A stretch of 64,000 bases of DNA from Isoptericola halotolerans. Its GTDB lineage: Bacteria > Actinomycetota > Actinomycetes > Actinomycetales > Cellulomonadaceae. Under the pieces are notes generated by a model. That model made no database searches. It was not told where the DNA came from and saw only the letters and a list, made by a program, of their open reading frames with translations. The stretch spans positions 744,001-808,000 of the forward strand of contig NZ_JABEZU010000001.1 in the NCBI RefSeq assembly GCF_013149785.1. Reading direction: 5' to 3'. Made by a program: the position numbers and the translations under genes. Below are positions 9,545 to 18,636 of this stretch, piece after piece. Numbering within the stretch: position 1 is the first letter of the stretch; every line of letters begins with the position of its first letter.

Positions 9545-10593
9545 GCCCGGACACGGACGTCCTGGTCGTCGGGGGCGGACCGGTGGGCCTGGCCGCGGCG
9601 ATCGAGGCCCGGCGGGCCGGGCTCGACGTCGCCGTCCTCGAGCCGCGGGGCGTCCCGGTGGACAAGGCCTGCGGCGAGGGGCTGCTTCCGGGCACGCTCA
9701 CGGCGGTGCGCCGGCTCGGCGTCGACCCGGCGGGATGGGACCTGGCAGGGATCTCCTACCGCCAGGACGGCCGGGTCGCGGACCACCGGTTCCGCGACGG
9801 GCCCGGACGCGGGGTGCGGCGCACGACGCTGCACGCCCGGCTCCACGAGGCGGCGCTCGCCGAGGGGGCCGTGGTGGTGCCGCGACGTGCGGGCACGGTG
9901 GCCCAGGACGACGACGGCGTCACGGCGGGCGGGGTGCGCGCCCGGTGGCTGCTGGGCTGCGACGGGCTGCACTCGCGGGTGCGTCGCGAGGTGGGGCTCG
10001 AGGTGGTGCCGGGGCGCCGGGCACCGAGGTCGTGGTGGCCCTCGTCGAGGGCCGGCCGGCGGTTCGGGCTGCGTCGGCACTACCGGGTGGCGCCGTGGTC
10101 CGACCAGGTGGAGGTGCACTGGGGTCCTCGGGTCGAGGCCTACGTGACCCCGGTGGCGCCCGACCTGGTGGGGGTGGCGCTGCTCGGCCCGGTCGGCATG
10201 GACTTCGACGCGGAGCTCGCGACGATCCCGGAGCTCGCGGGGCGCCTGGCGCGGGAGGCGGAGGGGTCTGTGCGCGGGGCCGGGCCGCTGCGCGTCCGGA
10301 CCAGGGCTCGCGTACGGGGCCGGGTCCGGCTCGTCGGCGACGCGTCGGGGTACGTCGACGCGCTGACGGGGGAGGGGCTGCGGGTCGGGTTCGCGCAGGC
10401 GCGCGCCGCCGTGGCGCTCCTCGACGACGGCGCGGGCTACGAGCGTGCGTGGCGGCGCGTGACGCGGGACTACCGGTGGCTGACGTCGGGCCTGGTCGGG
10501 GCGGCGACGTCGCCGGTCCGGCGGGGTGTGGTCCCGGCGGCGGCGCGGTGGCCGGGGGTGTACGGGGCGGTGGTGGAACGGCTGGCACGATGA
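9541..10593 (+). CDS. FAD-dependent monooxygenase/oxidoreductase (SrsC-like)
   Basis: GGGPVG dinucleotide-binding motif, DKACGEG, GCDGLHS and LVGDASGYVDALTGEG. GTGA overlap with the upstream gene. Confidence 0.88.
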   Translation: MSPDTDVLVVGGGPVGLAAAIEARRAGLDVAVLEPRGVPVDKACGEGLLPGTLTAVRRLGVDPAGWDLAGISYRQDGRVADHRFRDGPGRGVRRTTLHARLHEAALAEGAVVVPRRAGTVAQDDDGVTAGGVRARWLLGCDGLHSRVRREVGLEVVPGRRAPRSWWPSSRAGRRFGLRRHYRVAPWSDQVEVHWGPRVEAYVTPVAPDLVGVALLGPVGMDFDAELATIPELAGRLAREAEGSVRGAGPLRVRTRARVRGRVRLVGDASGYVDALTGEGLRVGFAQARAAVALLDDGAGYERAWRRVTRDYRWLTSGLVGAATSPVRRGVVPAAARWPGVYGAVVERLAR

Positions 10594-10776
10594 GTGGTCA
10601 TGAACCGCTCGCCATGTGAGACGACCTGTTCACACCTCGGGACGGATGTGAGAACCTGGGCGTCCAGCCAGCATGCTGGGCGTCGGTGGACGTGAGGTAA
10701 CCCTCACCTCCGTGCCCGGAGTTCCTCGTAGAATCGACACCCACGCAAAGCCCCGATCCGGAAGGCGTACCTCGCA

Positions 10777-12183
10777 GTGAGCAGCTCCCGACCTCTGCGC
10801 GTCGCGATCGTCGGTGCAGGACCCGCGGGCATCTACGCCGCGGACATCCTGTCCAAGACGGACCTCGACGTCAGCATCGACCTCTTCGAGCGTCTGCCCG
10901 CCCCGTTCGGCCTCGTGCGCTACGGCGTCGCCCCCGACCACCCGCGCATCAAGGGCATCATCGGCGCCCTGCACAAGGTGCTGAGCAAGGGCGACGTGCG
11001 ACTGCTGGCGAACGTCAACTACGGCGTCGACCTCAAGCTCGAGGACCTGCGCCAGTACTACGACGCGGTGATCTTCTCGACCGGCGCGATCCGGGACGCC
11101 GACCTGACGATCCCCGGCATCGACCTCGACGGCTCCTACGGCGCCGCGGACTTCGTGTCCTGGTTCGACGGCCACCCCGACGTGCCGCGCACCTGGCCCC
11201 TGGAGGCCAAGGAGGTCGCGGTCCTCGGTGCCGGCAACGTCGCGCTCGACGTCGCCCGCATCCTGGCCAAGCACCCGAAGGACCTGATGACCACGGAGAT
11301 CCCTGCCAACGTGCAGGCCGGTCTCGAGGCGTCCCCGGTCACCGACGTGCACGTCTTCGCCCGCCGCGGCCCCGCCCAGGTGAAGTTCTCCCCGCTGGAG
11401 CTGCGCGAGCTGGGGCACGTGCCGGACGTCGACATCGTCGTCTACCCCGAGGACTACGACTTCGACGAGGGGTCGATGGCCGCGATCGAGGCGACCAACC
11501 AGACCAAGCAGGTCGTCAAGACCCTCACCGACTGGACCCTCGTCGAGCCGTCCCAGCAGACGGCGTCGCGACGCATCCACCTGCACTTCCTGCAGGCGCC
11601 CGCGGAGATCGTCGGCGAGGACGGGAAGGTAGCCGGCCTGCGCACCGAGCGCACCGCGCTGCAGGGTGACGGCACCGTCAAGGGAACCGGCGAGTTCCAC
11701 GAGTGGCCCGTCCAGGCGGTCTACCGCGCGGTCGGCTACTTCGGCTCGCCGCTGCCCGAGATCCCCTTCGACGACCTCAAGGGCGTCATCTCCAACCGCG
11801 AGGGGCGCGTCGTCGACCTCGACGGCGAGCACCTGGGCGGCGTGTACGCCACGGGCTGGATCAAGCGTGGCCCCGTGGGCCTCATCGGGCACACCAAGTC
11901 CGACGCGTCCGAGACCGTCCGACACCTCGTCGAGGACGTCACCGGCGTGCCCGACGGCGGAGACGTCTCGCAGGGCGACCTCGACGGCGGCCGGACCGCC
12001 CCCCACGGCGAGCCGCAGCAGATCCTGGACTTCCTGTCCGAGCGCGGCGTCGACGTCGTCACCTGGGACGAGTTCTCCCTGCTCGACGCCCACGAGCTCG
12101 CCCTCGGCGAGGCCGGTGGGCGCGAGCGCATCAAGGTCGTCCCGCGCGAGGAGATGATCGACATCGCGAAGGGTCGCGCCTGA
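10777..12183 (+). CDS. Ferredoxin-NADP+ reductase (FprA/adrenodoxin reductase-like)
   Basis: GAGPAG, PFGLVRYGVAPDH, GAGNVALD and GWIKRGPVGLIG motifs. Confidence 0.92.
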   Translation: MSSSRPLRVAIVGAGPAGIYAADILSKTDLDVSIDLFERLPAPFGLVRYGVAPDHPRIKGIIGALHKVLSKGDVRLLANVNYGVDLKLEDLRQYYDAVIFSTGAIRDADLTIPGIDLDGSYGAADFVSWFDGHPDVPRTWPLEAKEVAVLGAGNVALDVARILAKHPKDLMTTEIPANVQAGLEASPVTDVHVFARRGPAQVKFSPLELRELGHVPDVDIVVYPEDYDFDEGSMAAIEATNQTKQVVKTLTDWTLVEPSQQTASRRIHLHFLQAPAEIVGEDGKVAGLRTERTALQGDGTVKGTGEFHEWPVQAVYRAVGYFGSPLPEIPFDDLKGVISNREGRVVDLDGEHLGGVYATGWIKRGPVGLIGHTKSDASETVRHLVEDVTGVPDGGDVSQGDLDGGRTAPHGEPQQILDFLSERGVDVVTWDEFSLLDAHELALGEAGGRERIKVVPREEMIDIAKGRA

Positions 12184-12194
12184 CCCTCACGTGA

Positions 12195-12236
12195 CACGAG
12201 GCCCGACGGCGGTGGGAACCGCGGTCGGGCCTCGTG
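12195..12236 (+). terminator. Inverted repeat, probable terminator hairpin
   Basis: CACGAGGCCCGAC...GTCGGGCCTCGTG 13-bp perfect outer stem just after the reductase stop. Confidence 0.6.
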
Positions 12237-12270
12237 CGTTGCACGGGTGTCGCCTGGAAGGAGAACGCAC

Positions 12271-13164
12271 GTGGGTCATCGGCACTTCAACGGTCTCAAG
12301 ACCGTGCTGCTGTTCGGGGTTCTGTGGGCTGTGCTCCTGGGCCTGTGGGCAGTGTTCTTCCGTGGCAGCCAGGGGATGCTCTTCCTGTTCACGGCGCTCG
12401 GCCTCATCGGCACCTTCGTCGGTTACTGGAACTCGGACAAGATCGCGATCAAGGCGATGCACGCCTACCCGGTCACCGAGCTCGAGGCCCCGGAGATGTA
12501 CCGGATCGTGCGTGAGCTGTCGACGGTCGCGCGGCAGCCCATGCCGCGGCTGTACATCTCGCCCACGCAGGCGCCCAACGCCTTCGCGACCGGCCGCAAC
12601 CCCAAGAACGCGGCCGTGTGCTGCACCGAGGGCATCCTGCGGATCCTCGACGAGCGCGAGCTGCGCGGCGTCCTCGGCCACGAGCTCATGCACGTCTACA
12701 ACCGGGACATCCTCACGTCCTCGGTGGCCTCGGCGCTGGCCGGCGTCATCACGTCGCTCGCGCAGTTCCTGCTGATCTTCGGCGGCGGCGACCGTCGCGG
12801 TGGCGGCAACCCGCTGGCGGCGCTCGCCCTGGCCATCCTCGCGCCGTTCGCCGCGATGCTCATCCAGATGGCGATCTCCCGCACCCGCGAGTACGACGCC
12901 GACGAGGACGGCGCCAAGCTCACCGGCGACCCCCTGGCCCTGGCGTCCGCGCTGCGCAAGCTCGAGCAGGGCACCGCCGCGGCGCCCCTGCCCCAGACGC
13001 GCGACCTGGAGAACGTCTCGCACCTGATGCTCGCCAACCCGTTCCGCGGCGGCGGCATGGCCAAGCTCTTCGCGACCCACCCGCCGATGGCGGAGCGCAT
13101 CGCGCGCCTCGAGAGGATGGCCGGCGGCTCGGGCTTCGGCCCCGGGGGCATCACCCGCTACTGA
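12271..13164 (+). CDS. htpX: Zinc metalloprotease HtpX
   Basis: [15 protein letters not shown] (HExxH), SRTREY.AD and THPP motifs. AAGGAG RBS before GTG 12271. Confidence 0.95.
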   Translation: MGHRHFNGLKTVLLFGVLWAVLLGLWAVFFRGSQGMLFLFTALGLIGTFVGYWNSDKIAIKAMHAYPVTELEAPEMYRIVRELSTVARQPMPRLYISPTQAPNAFATGRNPKNAAVCCTEGILRILDERELRGVLGHELMHVYNRDILTSSVASALAGVITSLAQFLLIFGGGDRRGGGNPLAALALAILAPFAAMLIQMAISRTREYDADEDGAKLTGDPLALASALRKLEQGTAAAPLPQTRDLENVSHLMLANPFRGGGMAKLFATHPPMAERIARLERMAGGSGFGPGGITRY

Positions 13165-13219
13165 GGCGCACCGACAGAGCGGCCCGGCGGGAACCCGGGT
13201 TTCGCTACGCTGACCCGCG

Positions 13220-14038
13220 ATGACCGACCGCACCCTGTCACCGCCCCGCACCCCGTCGTCGCAGCCCGTCGAGGACCCTCGCGTCGCGGCGTGGGAGCGA
13301 CGGATGGAGTGGCCGCTGATCGTGGTCGCGGGCGTCTTCCTGGTCGCGTACGCGATCCCGATCGTGTGGCCGCAGGCGTCCGCCACGCTGCAGTCGGTGT
13401 GCGCGGCCGCCGTCCTCGGATCCTGGCTGGTGTTCGTCGTCGACTACGTCGCCCGGCTGCTGCTGTCCCAGCAGCGCTGGCGGTTCGTGCGCGGGAACCT
13501 GCTCGACCTGGCCGTCGTGGCGGTGCCGCTGCTGCGTCCGCTGCGGTTGCTGCTCCTGGTCAAGGCGATCAGGCGGCTCAACAACGCGGGTGCCACGGCG
13601 ATGCGCGGTCGTGTCGTCCTGTACGCCGTGGCCGGGTCGGCGCTCCTGGTGCTCGCCGGCGCACTGGCCGTCACCGACGCCGAGCGTGGCGCCGCCGGCA
13701 GCACCGTCCAGAACGTCGGGGACGGCTTCTGGTGGGCGCTCGTGACGATGGCGACCGTCGGGTACGGCGACACCTACCCGGTGACCGTGACCGGGCGGTT
13801 CGTGGCGGTCGCCATGATGCTCGGCGGCATCGCGGTGCTCGGCGTGGTGACGGCGACGCTGTCGTCCTGGCTGGTGCAGAACGTCGAGGAGCGCACCGAC
13901 GAGGAGCGTGCCGAGCGCCGCGACAGCACGGACGACCTGTGGGCCCGACGCGGCGATGTCGAGAGCCTGGTGGCGGAGGTGCGCGCCCTGCGCGAGGAGG
14001 TCTCGCGGTTGCGGCCGGACCACCACCCGCCCGGTTGA
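13220..14038 (+). CDS. Potassium channel protein
   Basis: Selectivity filter TMATVGYGD and S4-like LRPLRLL segment. Confidence 0.92.
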   Translation: MTDRTLSPPRTPSSQPVEDPRVAAWERRMEWPLIVVAGVFLVAYAIPIVWPQASATLQSVCAAAVLGSWLVFVVDYVARLLLSQQRWRFVRGNLLDLAVVAVPLLRPLRLLLLVKAIRRLNNAGATAMRGRVVLYAVAGSALLVLAGALAVTDAERGAAGSTVQNVGDGFWWALVTMATVGYGDTYPVTVTGRFVAVAMMLGGIAVLGVVTATLSSWLVQNVEERTDEERAERRDSTDDLWARRGDVESLVAEVRALREEVSRLRPDHHPPG

Positions 14039-14039
14039 G

Positions 14040-14933
14040 TCAGACCCGCGTGAGCAGCTCCTCGAGCGCTGCGGCGACGCCGTCGTCGGCATGATGGCCG
14101 ACGACGGCGTCGGCCGCCGCGAGGACGTCGGGGTGGGCGTTGGCCACGGCTATCCCACGCCCGGCCCAGCGCAGCATCGGGAGATCGTTCGGCATGTCCC
14201 CGAAGGCCCACACGTCCGACGCCGCCACGCCGCGCCGGTCGCACCACCGGGCGAGGGCGGCGTCCTTCGTCACGTGCGGGGCGAGCAGCTCGGCCATCCC
14301 CGCCGCCCCGGAGAACGCGAGGTGCGCACGGTGCCCGACGGCGGCTCGCACGGTCGCGAAGAACTCCTCCTGCGCGGCGTCGCCCGGGGTGCCGCCGTGC
14401 TGGACGTCACCGGGACGAACCGACGCCGCCGCCTGCGGGCGCACGGCGAGCAGCTTGCCCACCGGGGACCCGGGCGGTGCCGGGGTGCCGCCGTCGGGCA
14501 GGGTCTCCTCGACGGGCACGGCCCGCACCGAGGTCGGGAGCCCGGTCTCGCCTCGGGGGAACCAGGGGTCGAACACCGGGCCGTCGGTCCGCTCGAAGGC
14601 GAGGGCGACGTCGGGGACCGCCGAGCGCAGGTCCGCCACCAGGTCGCGCAGGTCCTGGTCCGCGAAGCCGTCGACCTCGAGAGCCGTCCCCGTCGCGAGG
14701 TCCCACACGGCGGCACCGCCCAGGCAGACCACCCGACCGTGCCCACCCACGCAGTGCGCCAGCCCGGGCAGCCACCGGGGCGGGCGCGCGGTGACGAACA
14801 CGATCTCGATCCCTGCTGCCTCCACGGCCTGGAGCGTCGCCCGGGTCCGGGCCGAGACGGTGCCGTCGGCGCCGAGCAGGGTCCCGTCGAGGTCCGTGGC
14901 GACAAGCTGAGGGCGGCCCGTGCTGCTCGTCAT
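14040..14933 (-). CDS. Cof-type HAD hydrolase
   Basis: DLDGTLL motif I, VTAR, and FGDMPNDLPML motif IV. Confidence 0.92.
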   Translation of the reverse strand: MTSSTGRPQLVATDLDGTLLGADGTVSARTRATLQAVEAAGIEIVFVTARPPRWLPGLAHCVGGHGRVVCLGGAAVWDLATGTALEVDGFADQDLRDLVADLRSAVPDVALAFERTDGPVFDPWFPRGETGLPTSVRAVPVEETLPDGGTPAPPGSPVGKLLAVRPQAAASVRPGDVQHGGTPGDAAQEEFFATVRAAVGHRAHLAFSGAAGMAELLAPHVTKDAALARWCDRRGVAASDVWAFGDMPNDLPMLRWAGRGIAVANAHPDVLAAADAVVGHHADDGVAAALEELLTRV

Positions 14934-14953
14934 GGTCCGACCCTAGCCCGCCG

Positions 14954-16798
14954 TCACCACCGCTCCTCGAACGCCTCGGGCTGTCGCAGCGTCCAGGCGC
15001 GCAGCACGTCGTCGTCGTCGCTCCACCGCAGCGCGACCGCCGCCTCGATGAGCCCGAGGTGGCTGAAGGCCTGCGGATAGTTGCCCAGCGCGTGACCGTC
15101 CGGGTCCATCTGCTCGGCGTACAGACCGAGCGGTCCGCAACGGTCCACCAGCCAGTCGAAGCGTCGTCGGGCCTCGGACGCCCGGCCGGCGAGGACGAGC
15201 GCGCTCACCATCTCGAACGACGAGAGCAGGAAGGCGCCCTCGCCGCCGGTGACGCCGTCGTCGACCTCGTCGGTGTCGTACCGGTGGATCAGGGCCGGCC
15301 CGGCCCCGAGTCCCTCGGCGACGCGGTCGATCGTCCCGACCACGCGAGCGTCGTCCCCCGGCAGGAAGCCGAGCAACGCGATGCGCAGCAGCGAGGCGTC
15401 CAGCGCCGTGCCGCCGTAGGCCAACGTGAACGCCCCCAGCTCGTGGTTCCAGCCGTGCTCGAGGATGTCGGCCCGCACCTCGTCGCGGTTCCGGCGCCAG
15501 ACGTCCAGCGGGGCCTCGCCGTCGTCGAGCTCCTCGGCCAGCTGGATCCCCCGGTCGATGGCGACCCAGTTCATCAGCTTGCTGTGGGTGTAGTGCTGCG
15601 GTTCACCCCGCATCTCCCACATGTGGGCGTCGGGCTCGCGCCACTGCCGGCACGCGGAGTCGACGACGTCGCGCATCGCCTCCCAGTGCCCGGGGGGCAG
15701 GCCGCCGGCCACCCTGAGGTGGATGAGCGCGGTGTCGAGCACGAACCCGTGCGTGCTGTGCTGGACCTGCTCGAAGGCCTCGTTGCCGATCCGCACGGGT
15801 CGCGAGCCCGAGTACCCGTCCAGGTGCTCGAGCTCTCCCTCCGCACCGCTCTGCTCCCCGCGCAGCCCGGCCATCGGCCGCAGCCGCTCGACGCCTCGGA
15901 CGCACCTGTCCACGAGGAACTCCCCGTAGCTGCGACCCAGCCCGACGTGGCCCAGCAGGTGCAGCGCCATCACGTGCAGACTGGCGTCCCGGTGCCACGT
16001 GTAGCGGTAGTCCCAGTTCCGTTCGCCGCCGATCTCCTCCGGCAGGGACGTCGTCGGGGCCGCCATCAGAGCACCGGTCTCGTCGAAGGAGAGCGCCCTC
16101 AGGACCAGGGCGCTGCGCAGCACGGCCTCGTGCGCCGGCCCGTCGTAGCGCGCTCGCTCACCCCACCGGCGCCACGACGCGGCGGTTCGCTCGGCCAGCT
16201 CCTCACCGCGTCCCAGGCAGTCCGTGTCGAGGGCGTCGGGCAGGTAGGCGAGGCCCCAGGTGGCCGACTCGCCGGCCTCCAGCTCCGCGGTCGCCGTGAG
16301 CAGGCCGTCCTCGGCCGCCAGCGGGACGTCGGAGAGCAGCCGGACACCCGAGACCTCCTCGGTCCAGGTCCCGTCGTCCTGCTGCCACCGCGGCCGCTGC
16401 CGGGCATAGTCCGGCCGGGCGTCGACCCGGCAGCGGACCCGTGCGCGGCCCCGCACCACCCGGACCAGCCGGAGCAGCAGGTGCCCCGCGTCGAGCTCGT
16501 CGGGGTCGTCGGTCTGCCGGACGTCCAGCAGGTCGACCACCTCGGCCACCCCTTCGGGCGCCTCCCAGGTCGTGACCAGGACGAAGGTGCCGGGCAGGTA
16601 GCGGCGGCCGGTGACCCGGCCGTCGACGACGTCGACCTGCCAGGAGCCACCGCGTCCCGCGTCGAGGATGCGGGCGAAGAGACTGGGGCCGTCGGCCTGC
16701 GGCACGCACAGCCAGTCGACGGATCCGTCCGGTCCGACGAGTGCCGTGGTGTGGGAGTCGGACAGGAAGCCGTAGGTGTCGATGGGTGTGTGCGTCAC
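14954..16798 (-). CDS. Glycoside hydrolase family 15 (glucoamylase/trehalase-like)
   Basis: AAPTTSLPEEIGGERNWDYRYTW.RD, WEMRG, HSKLM.W and GNYPQAFSHLG motifs. Start GTG 16798 overlaps the upstream stop. Confidence 0.93.
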   Translation of the reverse strand: MTHTPIDTYGFLSDSHTTALVGPDGSVDWLCVPQADGPSLFARILDAGRGGSWQVDVVDGRVTGRRYLPGTFVLVTTWEAPEGVAEVVDLLDVRQTDDPDELDAGHLLLRLVRVVRGRARVRCRVDARPDYARQRPRWQQDDGTWTEEVSGVRLLSDVPLAAEDGLLTATAELEAGESATWGLAYLPDALDTDCLGRGEELAERTAASWRRWGERARYDGPAHEAVLRSALVLRALSFDETGALMAAPTTSLPEEIGGERNWDYRYTWHRDASLHVMALHLLGHVGLGRSYGEFLVDRCVRGVERLRPMAGLRGEQSGAEGELEHLDGYSGSRPVRIGNEAFEQVQHSTHGFVLDTALIHLRVAGGLPPGHWEAMRDVVDSACRQWREPDAHMWEMRGEPQHYTHSKLMNWVAIDRGIQLAEELDDGEAPLDVWRRNRDEVRADILEHGWNHELGAFTLAYGGTALDASLLRIALLGFLPGDDARVVGTIDRVAEGLGAGPALIHRYDTDEVDDGVTGGEGAFLLSSFEMVSALVLAGRASEARRRFDWLVDRCGPLGLYAEQMDPDGHALGNYPQAFSHLGLIEAAVALRWSDDDDVLRAWTLRQPEAFEERW

Positions 16799-17760
16799 AC
16801 TGCCTCCAGGGCGGGCAGCACGTCGCTGCCGTAGAGATCGAGGAACGGGGCCTGCTGCTGCCCCACGTGGTGGACGTAGACCTCGTCGAACCCGAGGTCC
16901 GCCAGCTCGGCCAACCAGTCCACGTGCTGCCCGGGGTCGCTGCTGGCCAGCACGTGGGGGTGCATGTCGTCGGGGTCGATGTACGCGGCGATCTCCTCGA
17001 GCTCCTGCGGGAGGTCCAGCAACCAGCCGACGGGGCTGCCGAGGATCGCCGGCGCCCACTGCTCGTGCGCGAGCCGTCGTGCGGCGTCATCGGTGGGCGC
17101 CCAGCTGACGTGCACCTGGAGGACGGCGGGCTTGCCGTCACCGCCGCCGCCGCGAAACGCGTCGAGCACCTCGCGCAGCACGTCCAGCGGCTGGTTGACC
17201 GTGATGATCCCGTCCGCCCACTGCCCGACCCACCCGGCCGTGGCGGGCGTGACCGCAGCACCCAGGAGCGGTGGCGGGACCTCGGGCAGGGACCAGAGCC
17301 GAGCCCGGTCGACGGTGACGCGGCCGTCGTGGGTCACCTCCTCCCCGGCGAGCAGCGCGCGCATCACGTCGACGCACTCGCGCAGCCGAGCCTCCCGGTC
17401 GGCCTTGCGCGGCCACGGATCGCCGGTGACGTGCTCGTTGAGGGCCTGACCGCTGCCCAGCGCCGCCCAGAACCGCCCGGGGAACATGCTCGCGAGGGTC
17501 GCGACGGCCTGCGCGTGCACCGCCGGGTGGTAGCGCTGCCCGGGCGCGGTCACCACGCCGAAGGGCAGCTGCGTGGTGGCCAGGGCCGCGCCGAGCCACG
17601 ACCAGGCGTAGCCCGACTCGCCCTGCGCGGCGCTCCAGGGCGCGAAGTGGTCCGAGCACATGGCTGCCGTGAAACCCGCGCGCTCGGCCGCGCGGACGTC
17701 GTCGAGGAGGGGGCCGGGGGCGATCTGCTCGTGGGAGGCGTGGAAGCCGAATCGGGTCAC
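16795..17760 (-). CDS. LLM-class (luciferase-like, G6PDH-F420-related) oxidoreductase
   Basis: GFHASHEQ, SDHFAPW, WSWLGAAL, RYHPA and GSGQALNEH motifs. Confidence 0.88.
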   Translation of the reverse strand: MTRFGFHASHEQIAPGPLLDDVRAAERAGFTAAMCSDHFAPWSAAQGESGYAWSWLGAALATTQLPFGVVTAPGQRYHPAVHAQAVATLASMFPGRFWAALGSGQALNEHVTGDPWPRKADREARLRECVDVMRALLAGEEVTHDGRVTVDRARLWSLPEVPPPLLGAAVTPATAGWVGQWADGIITVNQPLDVLREVLDAFRGGGGDGKPAVLQVHVSWAPTDDAARRLAHEQWAPAILGSPVGWLLDLPQELEEIAAYIDPDDMHPHVLASSDPGQHVDWLAELADLGFDEVYVHHVGQQQAPFLDLYGSDVLPALEAV

Positions 17761-17831
17761 CCACCACGCCTATCACCGGCGCCGTCTGCGCGCACGGGGC
17801 GCGCAGACAGCCGTCCCGGGCGCGCGGAGGG

Positions 17832-18326
17832 TCAGCGGTAGTTGACGAACTGCAGGGCCACGTCCAGGTCGGCACCCTTGAGCAGCGCGATGACGGCCTG
17901 GAGGTCGTCGCGCTTCTTGGAGCTGACGCGCACCTCGTCGCCGGTGATCTGGGTCTTGACGCCCTTCGGGCCCTCGTCCCGGATCAGCTTGGTGATCTTC
18001 TTGGCGTCCTCGCTGCTCAAGCCCTCCTTGAGCGTCGCGGGCAGGCGGTACTCCTTGCCGGAGGCCTGCGGCTCGCCCTCACCGGTGTCGATCGCCTTGA
18101 GGGAGACGCCGCGCCGGATGAGCTTGGTCTGGAACACGTCGAGGACGGCGTTGACGCGCTCGGCGGAGTTGGCGACCAGGACGATCGCGTCGCCGCTCCA
18201 GGAGATGGAGGCACCCACACCGCGGAAGTCGTAGCGCTGGTTGATCTCCTTGGCAGCCTGGTTGAGGGCGTTGTCGACCTCCTGGCGGTCGACCTTGGAG
18301 ACGATGTCGAACGACGAGTCGGCCAT
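17832..18326 (-). CDS. yajQ: YajQ family nucleotide/c-di-GMP-binding protein
   Basis: [38 protein letters not shown] and LQFVNYR. Confidence 0.95.
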   Translation of the reverse strand: MADSSFDIVSKVDRQEVDNALNQAAKEINQRYDFRGVGASISWSGDAIVLVANSAERVNAVLDVFQTKLIRRGVSLKAIDTGEGEPQASGKEYRLPATLKEGLSSEDAKKITKLIRDEGPKGVKTQITGDEVRVSSKKRDDLQAVIALLKGADLDVALQFVNYR

Positions 18327-18435
18327 GGCGGTTGCTCCTTCTGCTGGTGACTTTCCTGGTGACACCGTAGTCGGCGCGGCGCCGGAGGTGCCTGCTGGTC
18401 ATTTCTGTCGAGAGCGGACGATCCGGACATACACC

Positions 18436-18453
18436 ATGGGTAGTCCTCCCCAT
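18436..18453. promoter_or_regulatory. Palindromic putative operator ATGGGTAGTCCTCCCCAT
   Basis: Imperfect inverted repeat, 16/18 identical to the palindromes at 40416 and 41066. Lies in the yajQ / large-operon divergent intergenic region. Confidence 0.65.
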
Positions 18454-18636
18454 GAGATCCCCTGTCCGTTCTCCTGGGGCAACGGTAAGGTTCCGTCCGG
18501 AGTCGTCGTGCCTCGTGGCCGTCGACATCACCCGGGGGGCATCCGGACAGTCTCGCGCCGTGCGCGAGGACGCGCTGCTGCGCGCGCTCGGCCACGAGAC
18601 GCCCCTGTGCTGGACAACTACTGGAGGGTTCCCCGC

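Noticed and set aside
18241..18636. ORF-track start of the giant protein, and similar upstream extensions for the PKS, monooxygenase, DUF58, RDD, PP2C, DesC-D, amidase, LacI and MFS
   Set aside because: The extensions overlap neighbouring genes or promoters. Downstream starts have an RBS or ATGA/GTGA coupling.
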